From: an uncultured Clostridia bacterium
GTDB lineage: Bacteria; Bacillota; Clostridia; Christensenellales; UBA1242
Assembly: GCA_944381155.1 (NCBI GenBank)
Contig: CALWKA010000004.1
Coordinates: 246 to 64,245, forward strand
Reading direction: 5' to 3'
Length of the DNA: 64,000 bases
Positions within the stretch are counted from its first letter, which is position 1. The number at the start of each line of letters is the position of its first letter. Both the position numbers and the translations under genes were made by a program. Positions 51,801 through 62,266 of the stretch are shown piece by piece. The notes below the pieces were generated by a model. That model saw only the letters and a program-made list of their open reading frames with translations, had not been told where the DNA came from and made no database searches.

Positions 51801-52680
51801 ATTCAACGCTAGGCATTGAAGGAGTGGTGATAGTGATGTCGTCGCTAGTAGGCACTTCGAAATCGTCAGACACATTGATTGTATATGTCACGGTAGGTGG
51901 ATTGCTACCTTGCTTGTATGTGTATTCCAAAGTGATAGTACCGCTCTCGCTAGGAGTGATATAATATTTACCTTCAGATTCGTAAATATAATCACTGCTT
52001 GACCATTCTTGAGGCGCACCATTTACTGTCACATTAGGGATAACGGTTGTAACAGATTCGTCATTGTCGCTATCTGCAACCTTAACATTGGCAACCGGCA
52101 CTTCAAACGCTTCATTGCTAGTACGCATAGAAAGAGGAACTAGATCTTTCAAACCAGTTTCTGCATCTACAAAATCTAATTCATAAGAGATATTTTTGAC
52201 TGTAACTTTGTAAGTGTTTGAATAATAAGTCTTGCCACCACTTGTAATGATATAAAGGATATCATATTGCCCGTTGTTGAGCGCATTGATTCCTAAATAA
52301 CCACTAGTACCAGAGATTTTCGTTTCGTCAAAATATTCTGTGTCGTTATTGCTTCCGCCCACGACATAGTCATAAGATTTGCCAGAAGGATCAACTACTC
52401 TAATGGTATAATTGGTTGCGGTATCTGCAAACAAACCAGAAGTCTTACCGCCAGACAAAGCGGTATCTAAAAGCGGAATTTCCACCTTTTCGCCCTTGGA
52501 CACATCCACTGTGCTCTTAGGCATTTTGATTGAATTAATAGCTGCATTATAAGTTTCAAATGTATAAGACATTTCAGCCGCATAAGTGGTCAATACTGGG
52601 CTGAAAGCAAAAACAATACTCATTACTGCAAAAGCTAAAAAACAAAATGTAAGTTTAAAGTATTTTTTTAACTGTTTCAT
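48817..52680 (-). CDS. surface protein with tandem Ig-like (DUF5011/HYR-like) repeats and C-terminal TM (1287 aa)
   Basis: AAGGAG SD; signal peptide; repeated G.Y.V.Y...D..GN motifs (YRVTYNIVDAYGN, YYVVYTATDDAGN); TM LGIILIIVSLVILAGVILFF; promoter TTGACA-17-TAAAAT at 52737-52709. Confidence 0.87.
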   Translation of the reverse strand: MKQLKKYFKLTFCFLAFAVMSIVFAFSPVLTTYAAEMSYTFETYNAAINSIKMPKSTVDVSKGEKVEIPLLDTALSGGKTSGLFADTATNYTIRVVDPSGKSYDYVVGGSNNDTEYFDETKISGTSGYLGINALNNGQYDILYIITSGGKTYYSNTYKVTVKNISYELDFVDAETGLKDLVPLSMRTSNEAFEVPVANVKVADSDNDESVTTVIPNVTVNGAPQEWSSSDYIYESEGKYYITPSESGTITLEYTYKQGSNPPTVTYTINVSDDFEVPTSDDITITTPSMPSVELGDKGVTLPKLTVSYEDNSNVDHNVTSITITKRNNENITQTLTNNTFEFNFTKEDFNADSYADMVGDYRVTYNIVDAYGNTKSISVVIRNVTDNTRPSVYMAYDYEIDELTENPVQVENDDGELVDDVNTNYAVDLKTRYGYSELRLPAIYATDKVTEYKDFTFIRYIQNTSTHEMFYIDNKKMVDGVLTDVNEGDQGYNYSGDDNIGDPSKAVEFKFSQDDSNISDYAGEYTVGYYVLANTISKQESYVYRTGTTRYTITVLSRPTVADATAAEGEDKENSSTPTIQINNVKNNATISSDDNINVNITSSDEIDTRLKNAVFYYYSESSENDLNTDILNAIRTVTSNPDSEVSKNLCNVLDSKEFIEEMQKLYSGFGIATMDADNENSFDIKLENYNSETNGNVLNLVAIALNDEGNIATATRVLNIKITDETNAPEYSIINAGDFSTNSTDILQTLEFDQVETVTLPTVQFTDEEDKYLALNVNYYIGTPDSVGTGLQFLSPNGKQMSDDTITGGTITTSKVGTYYVVYTATDDAGNMTTVYFSFVVNDSSDPYMSVNAEGTNVDGSEVSISGNTITAEVGATISFDPSLFSSSGDDITNDAQTIFDTPTVDTGSQSLSYEKTGNYMEYRFNSEGNYTITFTARYTEDGTPIERVYNVNITMPELDWDFDIDVPEYAKQNETIILPDWTASQGNLKAEVTVSVKDPDGLVPEAGNAVKTQNGDAMVWTFKTNENTRGTYKVTYTAKTDYGTISETFNIKVGDNVAPTFSMNYENELSQEIVYDGTNQIEYNINLDKSDRTLVIEVISNGNRIYSYDTGLVIKDKNDSGTESTITNWNSLTVELTSDSNIVSDGEEDGQYIISGTGKCKLTLTIEDNYDNVGTKTIEFNVVSETQPEEENDSYLGIILIIVSLVILAGVILFFTFTGKKGGSSKNKSSKKDSAEKSSKSTKSSKNADEKVAASEEKDDEIVIEDSEDKKSNESSDDETNKDAE

Positions 52681-53024
52681 TACTGTCTCCTTAATTTTCG
52701 TCTAATTAATTTTAATAAATATAGAGAAATTTGTCAATCAAAATAACTAATATTTAATAAGATTTACATAATTAGTTTAATATTTTAAACATTTTTTATT
52801 GCAAGAAAAAAGACTTGTTCTGTCGAATAATGAAATAAAATGAAAAATATGAAATTGAAAAATTTTTATTTTCTGAAATTCTATCAATGTTTGCATTATT
52901 TATGATGTAAAATTGAAGTTCAATTCATAATGATTTTTGAAAAAAAATAAAACTGAAATACAATTTTAATTAGAGTTATTTGCTAGCAATTATATTAAAA
53001 TTATTGATGTTAAAATTAATAAAA

Positions 53025-53049
53025 ATAAAAACGCAAATTGCGTTTTTAT
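53025..53049 (-). terminator. intrinsic terminator
   Basis: ATAAAAACGCAA-a-TTGCGTTTTTAT just after the 175-aa gene. Confidence 0.75.
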
Positions 53050-53055
53050 CCTTAA

Positions 53056-53583
53056 CTATAATCGACTAATCTGCTGATTTGCATAACTTTTTGTGATAAA
53101 ATTAAACTCATCACTGCTAGCTAAAAAATATTGTTTTTCCCTATGCTTGTTCAGTTTGCTAATAAAATCACTATTCAACATTTTATATCTGTCCAACAAA
53201 ATATTGTTCAATTCTTCAAAATTCAAATTATTTGAATCTATCAACAATCTCTTTGTTTCCACCGCCCATTCGCTGGGTTCTACCCCATTCGATTTGTCAA
53301 AATCGCATAAGACATTCATATCTTCAGGGCTGGTCGTGAATCGCGTAATTATTTTGATTTTTTCTTGAATGGTGCGTGGCAATTCTTTCACTGCGTTTGC
53401 ATCCATATAATAGAATGAATACAATCTATCTGCTTCATTGAAAATAGCTTCTGCGCGTCTAGGGCGTTTCAATACAACTCTATCCCCGTATATGCCTCGA
53501 CCGCGCTTGTATTCTACAATCTCATAAAAATTGTTTATCAAAAAGTCTAACTGCGCCCAGTTCAATTTGTTAACTTTAGTCAT
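53056..53583 (-). CDS. hypothetical protein (175 aa)
   Basis: AAGGTG SD; starts 9 nt after the HicB-like gene; no recognised motif. Confidence 0.75.
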   Translation of the reverse strand: MTKVNKLNWAQLDFLINNFYEIVEYKRGRGIYGDRVVLKRPRRAEAIFNEADRLYSFYYMDANAVKELPRTIQEKIKIITRFTTSPEDMNVLCDFDKSNGVEPSEWAVETKRLLIDSNNLNFEELNNILLDRYKMLNSDFISKLNKHREKQYFLASSDEFNFITKSYANQQISRL

Positions 53584-53592
53584 ACGCTCACC

Positions 53593-53862
53593 TTATGCAA
53601 GTGCATCTACCAACAAAACTATGTTTTTCTTGTTCGCCTTGTAGACTTCTTCAAAATCGCGTGGTGCTTCTAATTCGCAATTGAATTTAATTGCACAGTC
53701 TACCATAGCGCACAAATCTTCTTTCGCCTTGATATATGCGTCAACAACGGTTTCACCTTCTTTGACAATATCCAATTCCTTAATATGAATAGTATACCAA
53801 CCAGTGTTGGAACCCTTTTCATCATCCTTATATAAAACTGCTGGATAAACTAATTCTTTCAT
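53593..53862 (-). CDS. HicB-like antitoxin N-terminal domain protein
   Basis: YPAVL...GWYTIHIKEL...EGETV.DA...AKE.L pattern; GAGGGTG SD; TTTACA-17-TATAAT promoter. Confidence 0.7.
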   Translation of the reverse strand: MKELVYPAVLYKDDEKGSNTGWYTIHIKELDIVKEGETVVDAYIKAKEDLCAMVDCAIKFNCELEAPRDFEEVYKANKKNIVLLVDALA

Positions 53863-54105
53863 AATCACCCTCTCTGCTTGTAAACAATTATACCACAAAA
53901 AAAATGATATGTAAAATAAAATGTTTTAATAAATATAAAAATTTCATCAAAAAAAACTCCTAAAAGGAGTTTAGTGATAAAAACAAATATATTACTATCT
54001 AACTACTTTAACTATAATTATAACAGCAATATTTATATAATTCGAATATTTATAATTTTTAATTTGAAAGTTTTATTTGAAAATTTCATTAATTAAAAGT
54101 TTGAA

Positions 54106-54492
54106 TTACACTCCGCTTAATAAAATTTCTTCTTCATTATGCGTCATATCGTTTTCCAATTTTCTTTCTTCGCTTTCTAATGATTTAATATAATCTTCAA
54201 TTTTTTTATGGTCAATCGTACTTCCTGAAACTTGACTTCCCATTAAAAAAGCTTGTCTATTCACATTTTCATTGAATATTTCTCTACCTACTTCTAAAGT
54301 GGTAGGAGAATTGGTATTCCCATTGTTCACCACCGCGGTAGCCTTCATTTTTCTCAATTTTTCCAACCTGGCACGAATAAATGCAAGTCTACCAGCAATG
54401 AGCACTTTTACAGGAGTTTTTGGAGTTTTTTTGGATACATTATTATTCTTTTTTGAGGACGATTTTTTACTAATTAAAGTCTGTGTTTTCAT
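54106..54492 (-). CDS. hypothetical protein, basic N-terminus, coiled-coil-like
   Basis: AGGAGG SD before ATG 54492; hairpin AAACTCC-N5-GGAGTTT at 53954-53972 downstream. Confidence 0.7.
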   Translation of the reverse strand: MKTQTLISKKSSSKKNNNVSKKTPKTPVKVLIAGRLAFIRARLEKLRKMKATAVVNNGNTNSPTTLEVGREIFNENVNRQAFLMGSQVSGSTIDHKKIEDYIKSLESEERKLENDMTHNEEEILLSGV

Positions 54493-54732
54493 AATTCCTC
54501 CTAATTTATGACTACATAATACCACAAAATTTTTTATTTGTAAATAGTTTTATAAAAATTTTTAATAAATAATAAAATTAAATAAAATACTATAAAATAG
54601 AGGATTTTTACGAATTTTAATTTGTTATTATAAATTTTTTTTAATATAATGTCAATATTTTTTTTAATAATTTTAATATATTTATTATCTTTTAATTTCT
54701 AACTCTAAAATTAATCACTACAAAATTAAAAT

Positions 54733-54774
54733 AAAAAAAATCTCACAAAATTGTTGATTTTATTTGTGAGATTT
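54733..54774 (-). terminator. intrinsic terminator after rpoC
   Basis: AAATCTCACAAA...TTTGTGAGATTT plus T-run on the minus strand. Confidence 0.8.
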
Positions 54775-54785
54775 CAGTATTAATA

Positions 54786-57700
54786 TTAGTCTTCAATATC
54801 GCTAAATTTGATATCCACATCTTGACTAGAAAGAGATGAATTGTCTTCCTTGATTTGCTTTGGAAGAAGATTTCTATAGATTGGAGCGCCTGTTCCTGCT
54901 GGAATCATCTTACCAATCAAGATATTTTCTTTCAAGCCTACAAGGTGGTCAACTTTGCCCTTCAATGCAGCTTCTGTCAACACATTGCTTGATTCCTGGA
55001 ACGAAGCAGCGGACAAGAAACTTTCTGTCGTCAAAGATGCTTTTGTGATACCTTGCAATTCGCGTTTTGCTGTGGCAGGAATTCCGCCTTCTTGCAATGT
55101 TTTCAATTTAGCTTCTTCGAACACCTTTATATCAACTATATCGCCAGGCAACAAGTCTGTATCTCCTGAATTTTCAATCTTAACTTTTCTAAGCATCTGT
55201 TTGATGATGACTTCAAGGTGTTTAGCATTGATAGAAACAGATTGAGATTTATAGACTTCAAGCACTTCGTTCAACAAATATTCCTGAACTGCTTTCACAC
55301 CACGCGTACGCAACACATCTTTTGGATTCAAAGGTCCTTCAGTGAGCGCTGTACCCGGAGTGACCACATCGCCATTTTTCACTTTCAAAACTGAACCAAA
55401 TGGCAATAGATAACTTTCATCAATAGTGCTTCCTTTGATAACCACTTCATAACGCTTATCCACTTGATTGATGCTGACTTTACCGCCAATGTCACATATT
55501 ACTGCCGCACCTTTTGGATTGCGGGCTTCGAAAATTTCTTCCACCCTAGGAAGACCAGTGGTTATATCAGCGGATGCAGTACCACCGCTATGGAAGGTAC
55601 GAAGCACCAACTGTGTACCAGGTTCACCGATTGATTGAGCGGCGATAACTCCGACTGCTTCACCAACATGGACGATATCATTAGTAGACATATCTCTACC
55701 ATAACATTTAGCACACACGCCTGATTTTGCTTTACAAGTGAGCAAACTTCTGATTTGAACTTTTTGAATGCCGGCATCAACAATAGTTTGAGCAAGTTCA
55801 TTAGTGATGAACACATCCTCGCCACAAATTTCCTTTTTAGTTTTAGGATGGATCACAGGCGCTGAAGTAAATCTACCAACAATACGATTGAACAAAGATT
55901 CAACTTCTGCACCATTGCTAATGATTGCTGTCACTTCAATACCTTTCACAGGTTCGCCAAGATTAGCAAAGCAATCTTCTTCTGTGACTGTAGTATCTTG
56001 AGCAATATCCACAAGTCTTCTCGTCAAATAACCTGAATCGGCTGTCTTCAATGCGGTATCCATCAATTGTTTACGACTACCACGCGCCGCGCTATAATAT
56101 TCAAGCGAACTCAAACCGCGTCTGAAATTTGACTTAACAGGCACATCACTATCTCCACCGCTCGCGGACGCCATATTACCCAACATACCGCTCAATTGTT
56201 TCAAAGAGTCTTCGCCACCACGCGCCTTTGATGTAATGATCACTTTCAATGGATTGAATTTATCAAATTCGTTGCTGGTTACTTTCATAACCTTGTTTGC
56301 AGTTTCTTCCCAAATTGCAATATTTTTTGATTTTTTATCATTATAACTGATGAAACCTTGCATATACATAGCATCGTTTTGTTTTACAACTTTGTCTGCT
56401 TCTTCAATCATTTGATCTTTCTCTTTTGCTTCAAGAATATCAAATATTGAGAATGATATACTAGCAAGAGTTGAATATTTGAATCCCATATTTTTGATAT
56501 CATCTATCATTGTAACAGTAGGATTGGTGCCGTGCTTTCTATAGCAAGTTTCAATAAGGCTTGAATAATCTCCCTTTTTGAACTCTTTTTCAATTTCATA
56601 ATGGAAAATATTTTCTTTCTTCGTCCTATCCACGAATCCTAAATCTTGTGGAATGACGCTATTGAAGATGATTCTTCCTAAAGTTGTTTCAATTCTGCCG
56701 GTATATTGCTTTCCTTCAAATTCAACCGTCCTACGAAGATTGATTTTTGCTTGCAAGCTCAACTCGCCGTTTTCATACGCCAACATTGCCTCATCTTCGC
56801 TACCAAAGGTCATTCCTTCACCTTTTGCGCCATCGCGAATTGCAGTGATATAATAATTTCCCAATATCATATCTTGGCTAGGTACCATATTTGGACTGCC
56901 GTCACTTGGCTTCAATACATTGTTTGAAGCAAGCAACAACATTCTAGCTTCTGTCCTTGCCTCTACAGACAAAGGTACATGGATACTCATCTGGTCACCA
57001 TCGAAGTCCGCGTTGAATCCACCGCACGCCAAAGGTGGCAATCTGATAGCCTTTCCTTCTACTAGTATTGGTTCAAACGCCTGCACGCTCAATTTGTGCA
57101 AAGTAGGTGCACGGTTCAAAAGCACAGGATGCCCTTGCACAACTTCTGCCAATATATCAAACACAACAGGACGCTCCTGATCGATCATACGAGTAGCTTT
57201 CTTTAGATTGTTGGTTGCATTAAGTTCAAGCAAACGCTTTATTATAAATGGTCTAAACAACTCCAAAGCCATTGATTTTGGAAGTCCGCATTGATATATT
57301 TTCAATTCAGGACCAACCACGATAACGCTACGCCCAGAATAATCGACACGCTTTCCTAGCAAGTTTTGACGGAAACGGCCGTGTTTACCCTTTAAAGATG
57401 CAGTGAGAGATTTTAAGTCACGCTGTCTGCTTCCTTGCACTGCTCTACCGCGTTTTCCGTTATCAAATAGGGCGTCAACCGCTTCTTGCAACATTCTTTT
57501 TTCATTTCTAATAATGATCTCTGGTGCGCCCAATTCGATCAATTTCTTCAATCTGTTATTTCTATTTATTACTCTACGATACAAATCATTCAAATCTGAT
57601 GCCGCAAACTTTCCGCCATCAATTTGAACAAGTGGACGCAAATCTGGTGGGATGACTGGAATCACATCTAGTATCATCCAACTAGGCTTGTTTCCGCTCT

Positions 57701-58355
57701 TGATGAAGGCTTCCACAATTTCAAGACGCTTGGTAGCCTTCAATTTCTTTTGACCTTTGCTCGTGCGCATAATTTCAGTCAATTCATCGCGCTCTTTTTC
57801 CAAGTCTATATTGTTCAAAAGCTCTTTGATTGCCTCTGCTCCCATACCAGCTCTAAATCCGTTAGGTCCGTATTTTTCAAGAGCTTCACGATATTCTCTA
57901 TCTCTGATAATCTGTTTGTAAGTAAACTCTGTATTCTTCGGATCAAGCACAACATAGCTGACATAGTATAACACTTCATCCAATTGCTTTGGAGACATAT
58001 CAAGAATAATGCCTATACGAGATGGCACCGCTTTGAAAAACCAAATATGGCTTACAGGAGTAGCGAGTTCAATATGTCCCATTCGTTCGCGTCTAACCTT
58101 GCTACGAGTGACTTCCACACCGCACTTGTCGCAGACAACACCTTTGTATCTCACTCTCTTGTATTTTCCGCAATGACATTCCCAATCTTTTTTAGGTCCA
58201 AAAATACGCTCGCAAAACAATCCGTCCTTTTCGGGCTTTTGTGTACGATAATTGATTGTTTCGGGTTTTGTCACCTCTCCCCTTGACCAACTTCTGATCG
58301 TTTCGGGAGAAGCGATTCCTACACGAATTGAGTCAAAATTGTTTAATTCAAACAT
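54786..58355 (-). CDS. rpoC: DNA-directed RNA polymerase subunit beta' (divergent)
   Basis: [10 protein letters not shown], zinc finger, [46 protein letters not shown]. Confidence 0.99.
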   Translation of the reverse strand: MFELNNFDSIRVGIASPETIRSWSRGEVTKPETINYRTQKPEKDGLFCERIFGPKKDWECHCGKYKRVRYKGVVCDKCGVEVTRSKVRRERMGHIELATPVSHIWFFKAVPSRIGIILDMSPKQLDEVLYYVSYVVLDPKNTEFTYKQIIRDREYREALEKYGPNGFRAGMGAEAIKELLNNIDLEKERDELTEIMRTSKGQKKLKATKRLEIVEAFIKSGNKPSWMILDVIPVIPPDLRPLVQIDGGKFAASDLNDLYRRVINRNNRLKKLIELGAPEIIIRNEKRMLQEAVDALFDNGKRGRAVQGSRQRDLKSLTASLKGKHGRFRQNLLGKRVDYSGRSVIVVGPELKIYQCGLPKSMALELFRPFIIKRLLELNATNNLKKATRMIDQERPVVFDILAEVVQGHPVLLNRAPTLHKLSVQAFEPILVEGKAIRLPPLACGGFNADFDGDQMSIHVPLSVEARTEARMLLLASNNVLKPSDGSPNMVPSQDMILGNYYITAIRDGAKGEGMTFGSEDEAMLAYENGELSLQAKINLRRTVEFEGKQYTGRIETTLGRIIFNSVIPQDLGFVDRTKKENIFHYEIEKEFKKGDYSSLIETCYRKHGTNPTVTMIDDIKNMGFKYSTLASISFSIFDILEAKEKDQMIEEADKVVKQNDAMYMQGFISYNDKKSKNIAIWEETANKVMKVTSNEFDKFNPLKVIITSKARGGEDSLKQLSGMLGNMASASGGDSDVPVKSNFRRGLSSLEYYSAARGSRKQLMDTALKTADSGYLTRRLVDIAQDTTVTEEDCFANLGEPVKGIEVTAIISNGAEVESLFNRIVGRFTSAPVIHPKTKKEICGEDVFITNELAQTIVDAGIQKVQIRSLLTCKAKSGVCAKCYGRDMSTNDIVHVGEAVGVIAAQSIGEPGTQLVLRTFHSGGTASADITTGLPRVEEIFEARNPKGAAVICDIGGKVSINQVDKRYEVVIKGSTIDESYLLPFGSVLKVKNGDVVTPGTALTEGPLNPKDVLRTRGVKAVQEYLLNEVLEVYKSQSVSINAKHLEVIIKQMLRKVKIENSGDTDLLPGDIVDIKVFEEAKLKTLQEGGIPATAKRELQGITKASLTTESFLSAASFQESSNVLTEAALKGKVDHLVGLKENILIGKMIPAGTGAPIYRNLLPKQIKEDNSSLSSQDVDIKFSDIED

Positions 58356-58467
58356 TTTATTTCTCCTAAAATTGTATATTTCAATTAAGTAAACTTCTCG
58401 AATATATTTCTCTCAATTTGTTCACTTTCATAAGGTTAAATTCTATAATGAAGTCCAACCTTAAATT

Positions 58468-61400
58468 TTATTCATCCGAATCATCCAAATCGTCAAACAA
58501 TGCAGACTCATCAAATGTGCTACTATTGATATCACACTCATAATTCTTTTGAATATCATCAAATTCAACTGTGACATCTTCAAGCGCTTGCTTGTTGACA
58601 GGTTCGATTGCACTGACTTCATCGCCTTCTTCGCTGACTTCATTGATTGAAAGTTCGTGATTGTCTGCCGTCAATATCTTCACATCTAGGCATAATCCTT
58701 GCATTTCCTTAACCAAAACTTTGAACGACTCTGGCATACCAGGTTCTGGAATAGGTTCACCTTTCACGATCGCTTCATAAGTCTTGATTCTTCCTTCCAC
58801 ATCATCCGATTTGATAGTGAGCATTTCTTGAAGAAGTCGTGATGCTCCATACGCTTCGAGCGCCCACACTTCCATTTCACCGAACCTTTGACCACCTAGT
58901 TGACCACGACCGCCAAGAGGTTGCTGAGTGATAAGTGCGTATGTTCCAATTCCACGCGCGTGAATTTTATCATCTACCATATGGATAAGTTTCAACATAT
59001 ACATCACGCCCACTGTCGTTTTATTTTCAAATGGAAGTCCTGTCCTTCCGTCATACAATTGCATCTTTCCATCTTCTGGAAGATTGTTTGCACGCAACAA
59101 TTCTCTAATATCTTCTTCTTTTGCTCCGTCAAACGCAGGGCTAGCAACTTTCCAATCTAGCGATTTAGCAGCAAGCCCTAGATGCATTTCAAGCAACTGT
59201 CCTAAATTCATACGAGATGGTATTCCCAATGGATTCAACACGATGTCCACCGTTTCGCCATTTGGCATATATGGCATATCTGATTCTGGAAGGACTACTG
59301 ATATAACGCCTTTGTTACCATAACGACCTGCAAGTTTATCTCCGACTTGCAAAATTCGTTTTTGTGCAATGTAAACTTTTACCATTACATTCACGCCTGC
59401 ATCTAGTTCGTCTTTGTTCTTCCTAGACAGGATCTCTACGCCCACGACCACACCTTCTTCGCCGTGTTTTACTTTCAAAGAAGTGTTTTTAACTTCTTTC
59501 GTCTTTTCACCAAAGATTGCTTTTAATAGTCTTTCTTCAGGGGTAAGATCGGTTTCTCCTTTAGGAGTGACCTTTCCTACCAATATATCTCCCACCTTAA
59601 CTTCGGTACCAATTCGAACAATACCATTTTCGTCAAGGTTCTTCAATGCGTCTTCGCCCACGCCGGCTATATCACGAGTGATTTCTTCATCGCCTAGTTT
59701 GGTAGTGCGCGCTTCGGTACGCACTTGTTGAATACTAATAGAAGTAAACACATCATCGCGCACGATTCTTTCGTTCACCAATATAGCATCCTCGAAGTTG
59801 TATCCTTCCCAGTTCATAAACGCTACTGTCAAGTTCTTGCCTAGCGCCAACTCACCATTTTCAGTGGATGCACCATCTACTAGCACATCACCCTTTTTCA
59901 CTCTTTCGCCCTTTTTCACAATAGGTTTTTGATTGAAACAAGCTTTTTCGTTCGTGCGTTCAAACTTACGCAATTTGTGATTTACGATTGAGCCGTCATC
60001 ATATTCCATAGTGATATAGTCACTTGAAACATATTTACAAACGCCGTCTTGCTCTGCCATTATGAGTGCGCCCGAGTCAACTGCAATTTTATGCTCAATA
60101 CCTGTACCCACAATAGGGCTTTCAGATCTAATTAATGGAACGGACTGACATTGCATATTACATCCCATCAATGCACGGTTCGCCGCGCAGTGTTCAACGA
60201 ATGGAATCAAGTCTGCACCGACAGACAGTAATTGTCTTGGTGACAAGTCCACCAAATCAATCATATTGGAATCTACTCGCGCAGTCTGACCATTGTGCCT
60301 ACAATCAATATATCCTGATTGAAGAATATTTTTATCATCCACATCAACTGTTGCCTGTGCGATATAGTGACCGCGTTCTTCATCTGCCATCAAGAACACG
60401 ATTTCATCAGTCAATTTGTGTGTGTTTGGATCCACCTTTCTATAAGGTGTTTCAATAAATCCATATCTATTTACGCGCGCATAAGCGGCAAGTGAGGTCA
60501 TAAGTCCGATAGGTTGTCCTTCTGGGGTCTCAACCACACATATACGCCCATAGTGAGATGGGTTGATATCACGAACTTCCACTGTTGCACGCTCTTTCTT
60601 GACACCACCCTTACCAAATGATGACAAACGCCTCTTGTTTCTCAAACTAGCGGCTGGATTAGTTTGATCCATCAACGCGCTCAACTGGTTAGTCGCCATA
60701 AATTCTTTGAAGATTTTATTTATCTGTCTAGCATTGACTATCTGACTAGGTGTCACATCTGTCAAATCACGACTTTGCAACGCTTCTCTCACTTGTGTTT
60801 GAAGTTTTACCATACCGCTACGGAATTGATTCTTTAACAATTCACCGCTGGTAGCCACTCTACGCATAGACAAGTTATCAATTTCATCCGTCTCGCCCAA
60901 GCCGTCTATCAAATTCAAATGATAACTAACTGTGGCAAGAATATCGTCCAATGTCACTTGATAATCTTCAAGTTTCCTAGCATTTGCCTTGATTGTAGCG
61001 CGAAGTGCATTTTCGTCATCTTTATTCTCTTTCATTATCTGTTGAAGCAAAGGCAAATAAACTAGTTCGGTGATGCCAAATTCTTCAGGATTGAGTTTAG
61101 CATAGGCAAACAAGTCCACGCGTTTGTTGCCTACCACATGCACCACTTTCTCATCCACCAAAACATCTGCACTATTAATTCCTGCATTTTGAATGGCATT
61201 AGCCTGTTCAATAGAGATTATTTCACCCTTTGAAACAAACAATTTTTTGCCCAACTTTATATCTTCTGCTGCCACTTGATTTGCAATACGATTTGCTAGC
61301 GACAACTTTTTATTCAATTTAAAACGCCCAACCTTTTCCAAATTGTATTGTTGGATGTTAAAGAATCTGTCATTTATATATGACAAAGTGTTTTCAGGGT

Positions 61401-62151
61401 TAGGGATTTCGCCTGGACGCGTCCTTCTACCAAATTCAATCAAAGCATCTTCTTGAGTGATTTGTTGCTCTTTGTCCAAAGTGTTGACAATGAATGGATG
61501 ATGCGCAAAAATTTCCAACAATTCTTCGTTGGTATATCCAAAACATTTGAGCAAAACGCCCAAACTCATTTTGAATTTTCTTTCCACAATCACGCGGAGT
61601 GAATCACCTGTCACCTGTTCAGTCTGTATCCACATACCGTGACTTGGTTGAATAGAACCAAAATAGTCCATACGACCATACTTGTTCAATTCCCCTGTGA
61701 ACACCACGCCAGGAGATTTGATGAGTTGATTCAAAACAACACGTTCAACGCCGTTGCAAATAAATCCACCATCATTAGACATATATGGAATATCGCCCAA
61801 AAAGACTTCCTGATCCATAATTTGACCAGTTTCTTTCACCAAAAGACGAACATTCACTTTGAGCGGAACGGTGTAACTAGTCTGCCTGCGCTTGCATTCT
61901 GCCCACGAAAATTTTGGTGTTTTGTCCACTGTATAACCCAAAAAAGACAACTCGGCTCTGTTCGAGTAGTCTATGATAGGATTAAATTCGTTCAAAACCT
62001 CTCCAATGTCTTCTTCTAAAAACTTTTTATACGATTCAATTTGAATGTTGAGTAGGTTTGGCATCGTGTATGGGACATCTTTCTTGGCAAAACTGTATCT
62101 TTCCGCCTTACCATTTTTAATTTTTTTGATGTTGAGTGTGTTTGAATTCAT
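58468..62151 (-). CDS. rpoB: DNA-directed RNA polymerase subunit beta (divergent)
   Basis: MDQTNP, HYGRIC..ETPEG, GYNFEDA, GKVTPKGE, PSRMN, GGQRFGEMEVWALEAYGA. Confidence 0.99.
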   Translation of the reverse strand: MNSNTLNIKKIKNGKAERYSFAKKDVPYTMPNLLNIQIESYKKFLEEDIGEVLNEFNPIIDYSNRAELSFLGYTVDKTPKFSWAECKRRQTSYTVPLKVNVRLLVKETGQIMDQEVFLGDIPYMSNDGGFICNGVERVVLNQLIKSPGVVFTGELNKYGRMDYFGSIQPSHGMWIQTEQVTGDSLRVIVERKFKMSLGVLLKCFGYTNEELLEIFAHHPFIVNTLDKEQQITQEDALIEFGRRTRPGEIPNPENTLSYINDRFFNIQQYNLEKVGRFKLNKKLSLANRIANQVAAEDIKLGKKLFVSKGEIISIEQANAIQNAGINSADVLVDEKVVHVVGNKRVDLFAYAKLNPEEFGITELVYLPLLQQIMKENKDDENALRATIKANARKLEDYQVTLDDILATVSYHLNLIDGLGETDEIDNLSMRRVATSGELLKNQFRSGMVKLQTQVREALQSRDLTDVTPSQIVNARQINKIFKEFMATNQLSALMDQTNPAASLRNKRRLSSFGKGGVKKERATVEVRDINPSHYGRICVVETPEGQPIGLMTSLAAYARVNRYGFIETPYRKVDPNTHKLTDEIVFLMADEERGHYIAQATVDVDDKNILQSGYIDCRHNGQTARVDSNMIDLVDLSPRQLLSVGADLIPFVEHCAANRALMGCNMQCQSVPLIRSESPIVGTGIEHKIAVDSGALIMAEQDGVCKYVSSDYITMEYDDGSIVNHKLRKFERTNEKACFNQKPIVKKGERVKKGDVLVDGASTENGELALGKNLTVAFMNWEGYNFEDAILVNERIVRDDVFTSISIQQVRTEARTTKLGDEEITRDIAGVGEDALKNLDENGIVRIGTEVKVGDILVGKVTPKGETDLTPEERLLKAIFGEKTKEVKNTSLKVKHGEEGVVVGVEILSRKNKDELDAGVNVMVKVYIAQKRILQVGDKLAGRYGNKGVISVVLPESDMPYMPNGETVDIVLNPLGIPSRMNLGQLLEMHLGLAAKSLDWKVASPAFDGAKEEDIRELLRANNLPEDGKMQLYDGRTGLPFENKTTVGVMYMLKLIHMVDDKIHARGIGTYALITQQPLGGRGQLGGQRFGEMEVWALEAYGASRLLQEMLTIKSDDVEGRIKTYEAIVKGEPIPEPGMPESFKVLVKEMQGLCLDVKILTADNHELSINEVSEEGDEVSAIEPVNKQALEDVTVEFDDIQKNYECDINSSTFDESALFDDLDDSDE

Positions 62152-62266
62152 TCATTAACTCCTTATTCAGATGTTTTCCCTATATTTATATAAGTAAATT
62201 ACATATTAATAACTATATCATATATAAAATACATTTTCTACTAGGGACAATCGTTCAATCTAGTCA

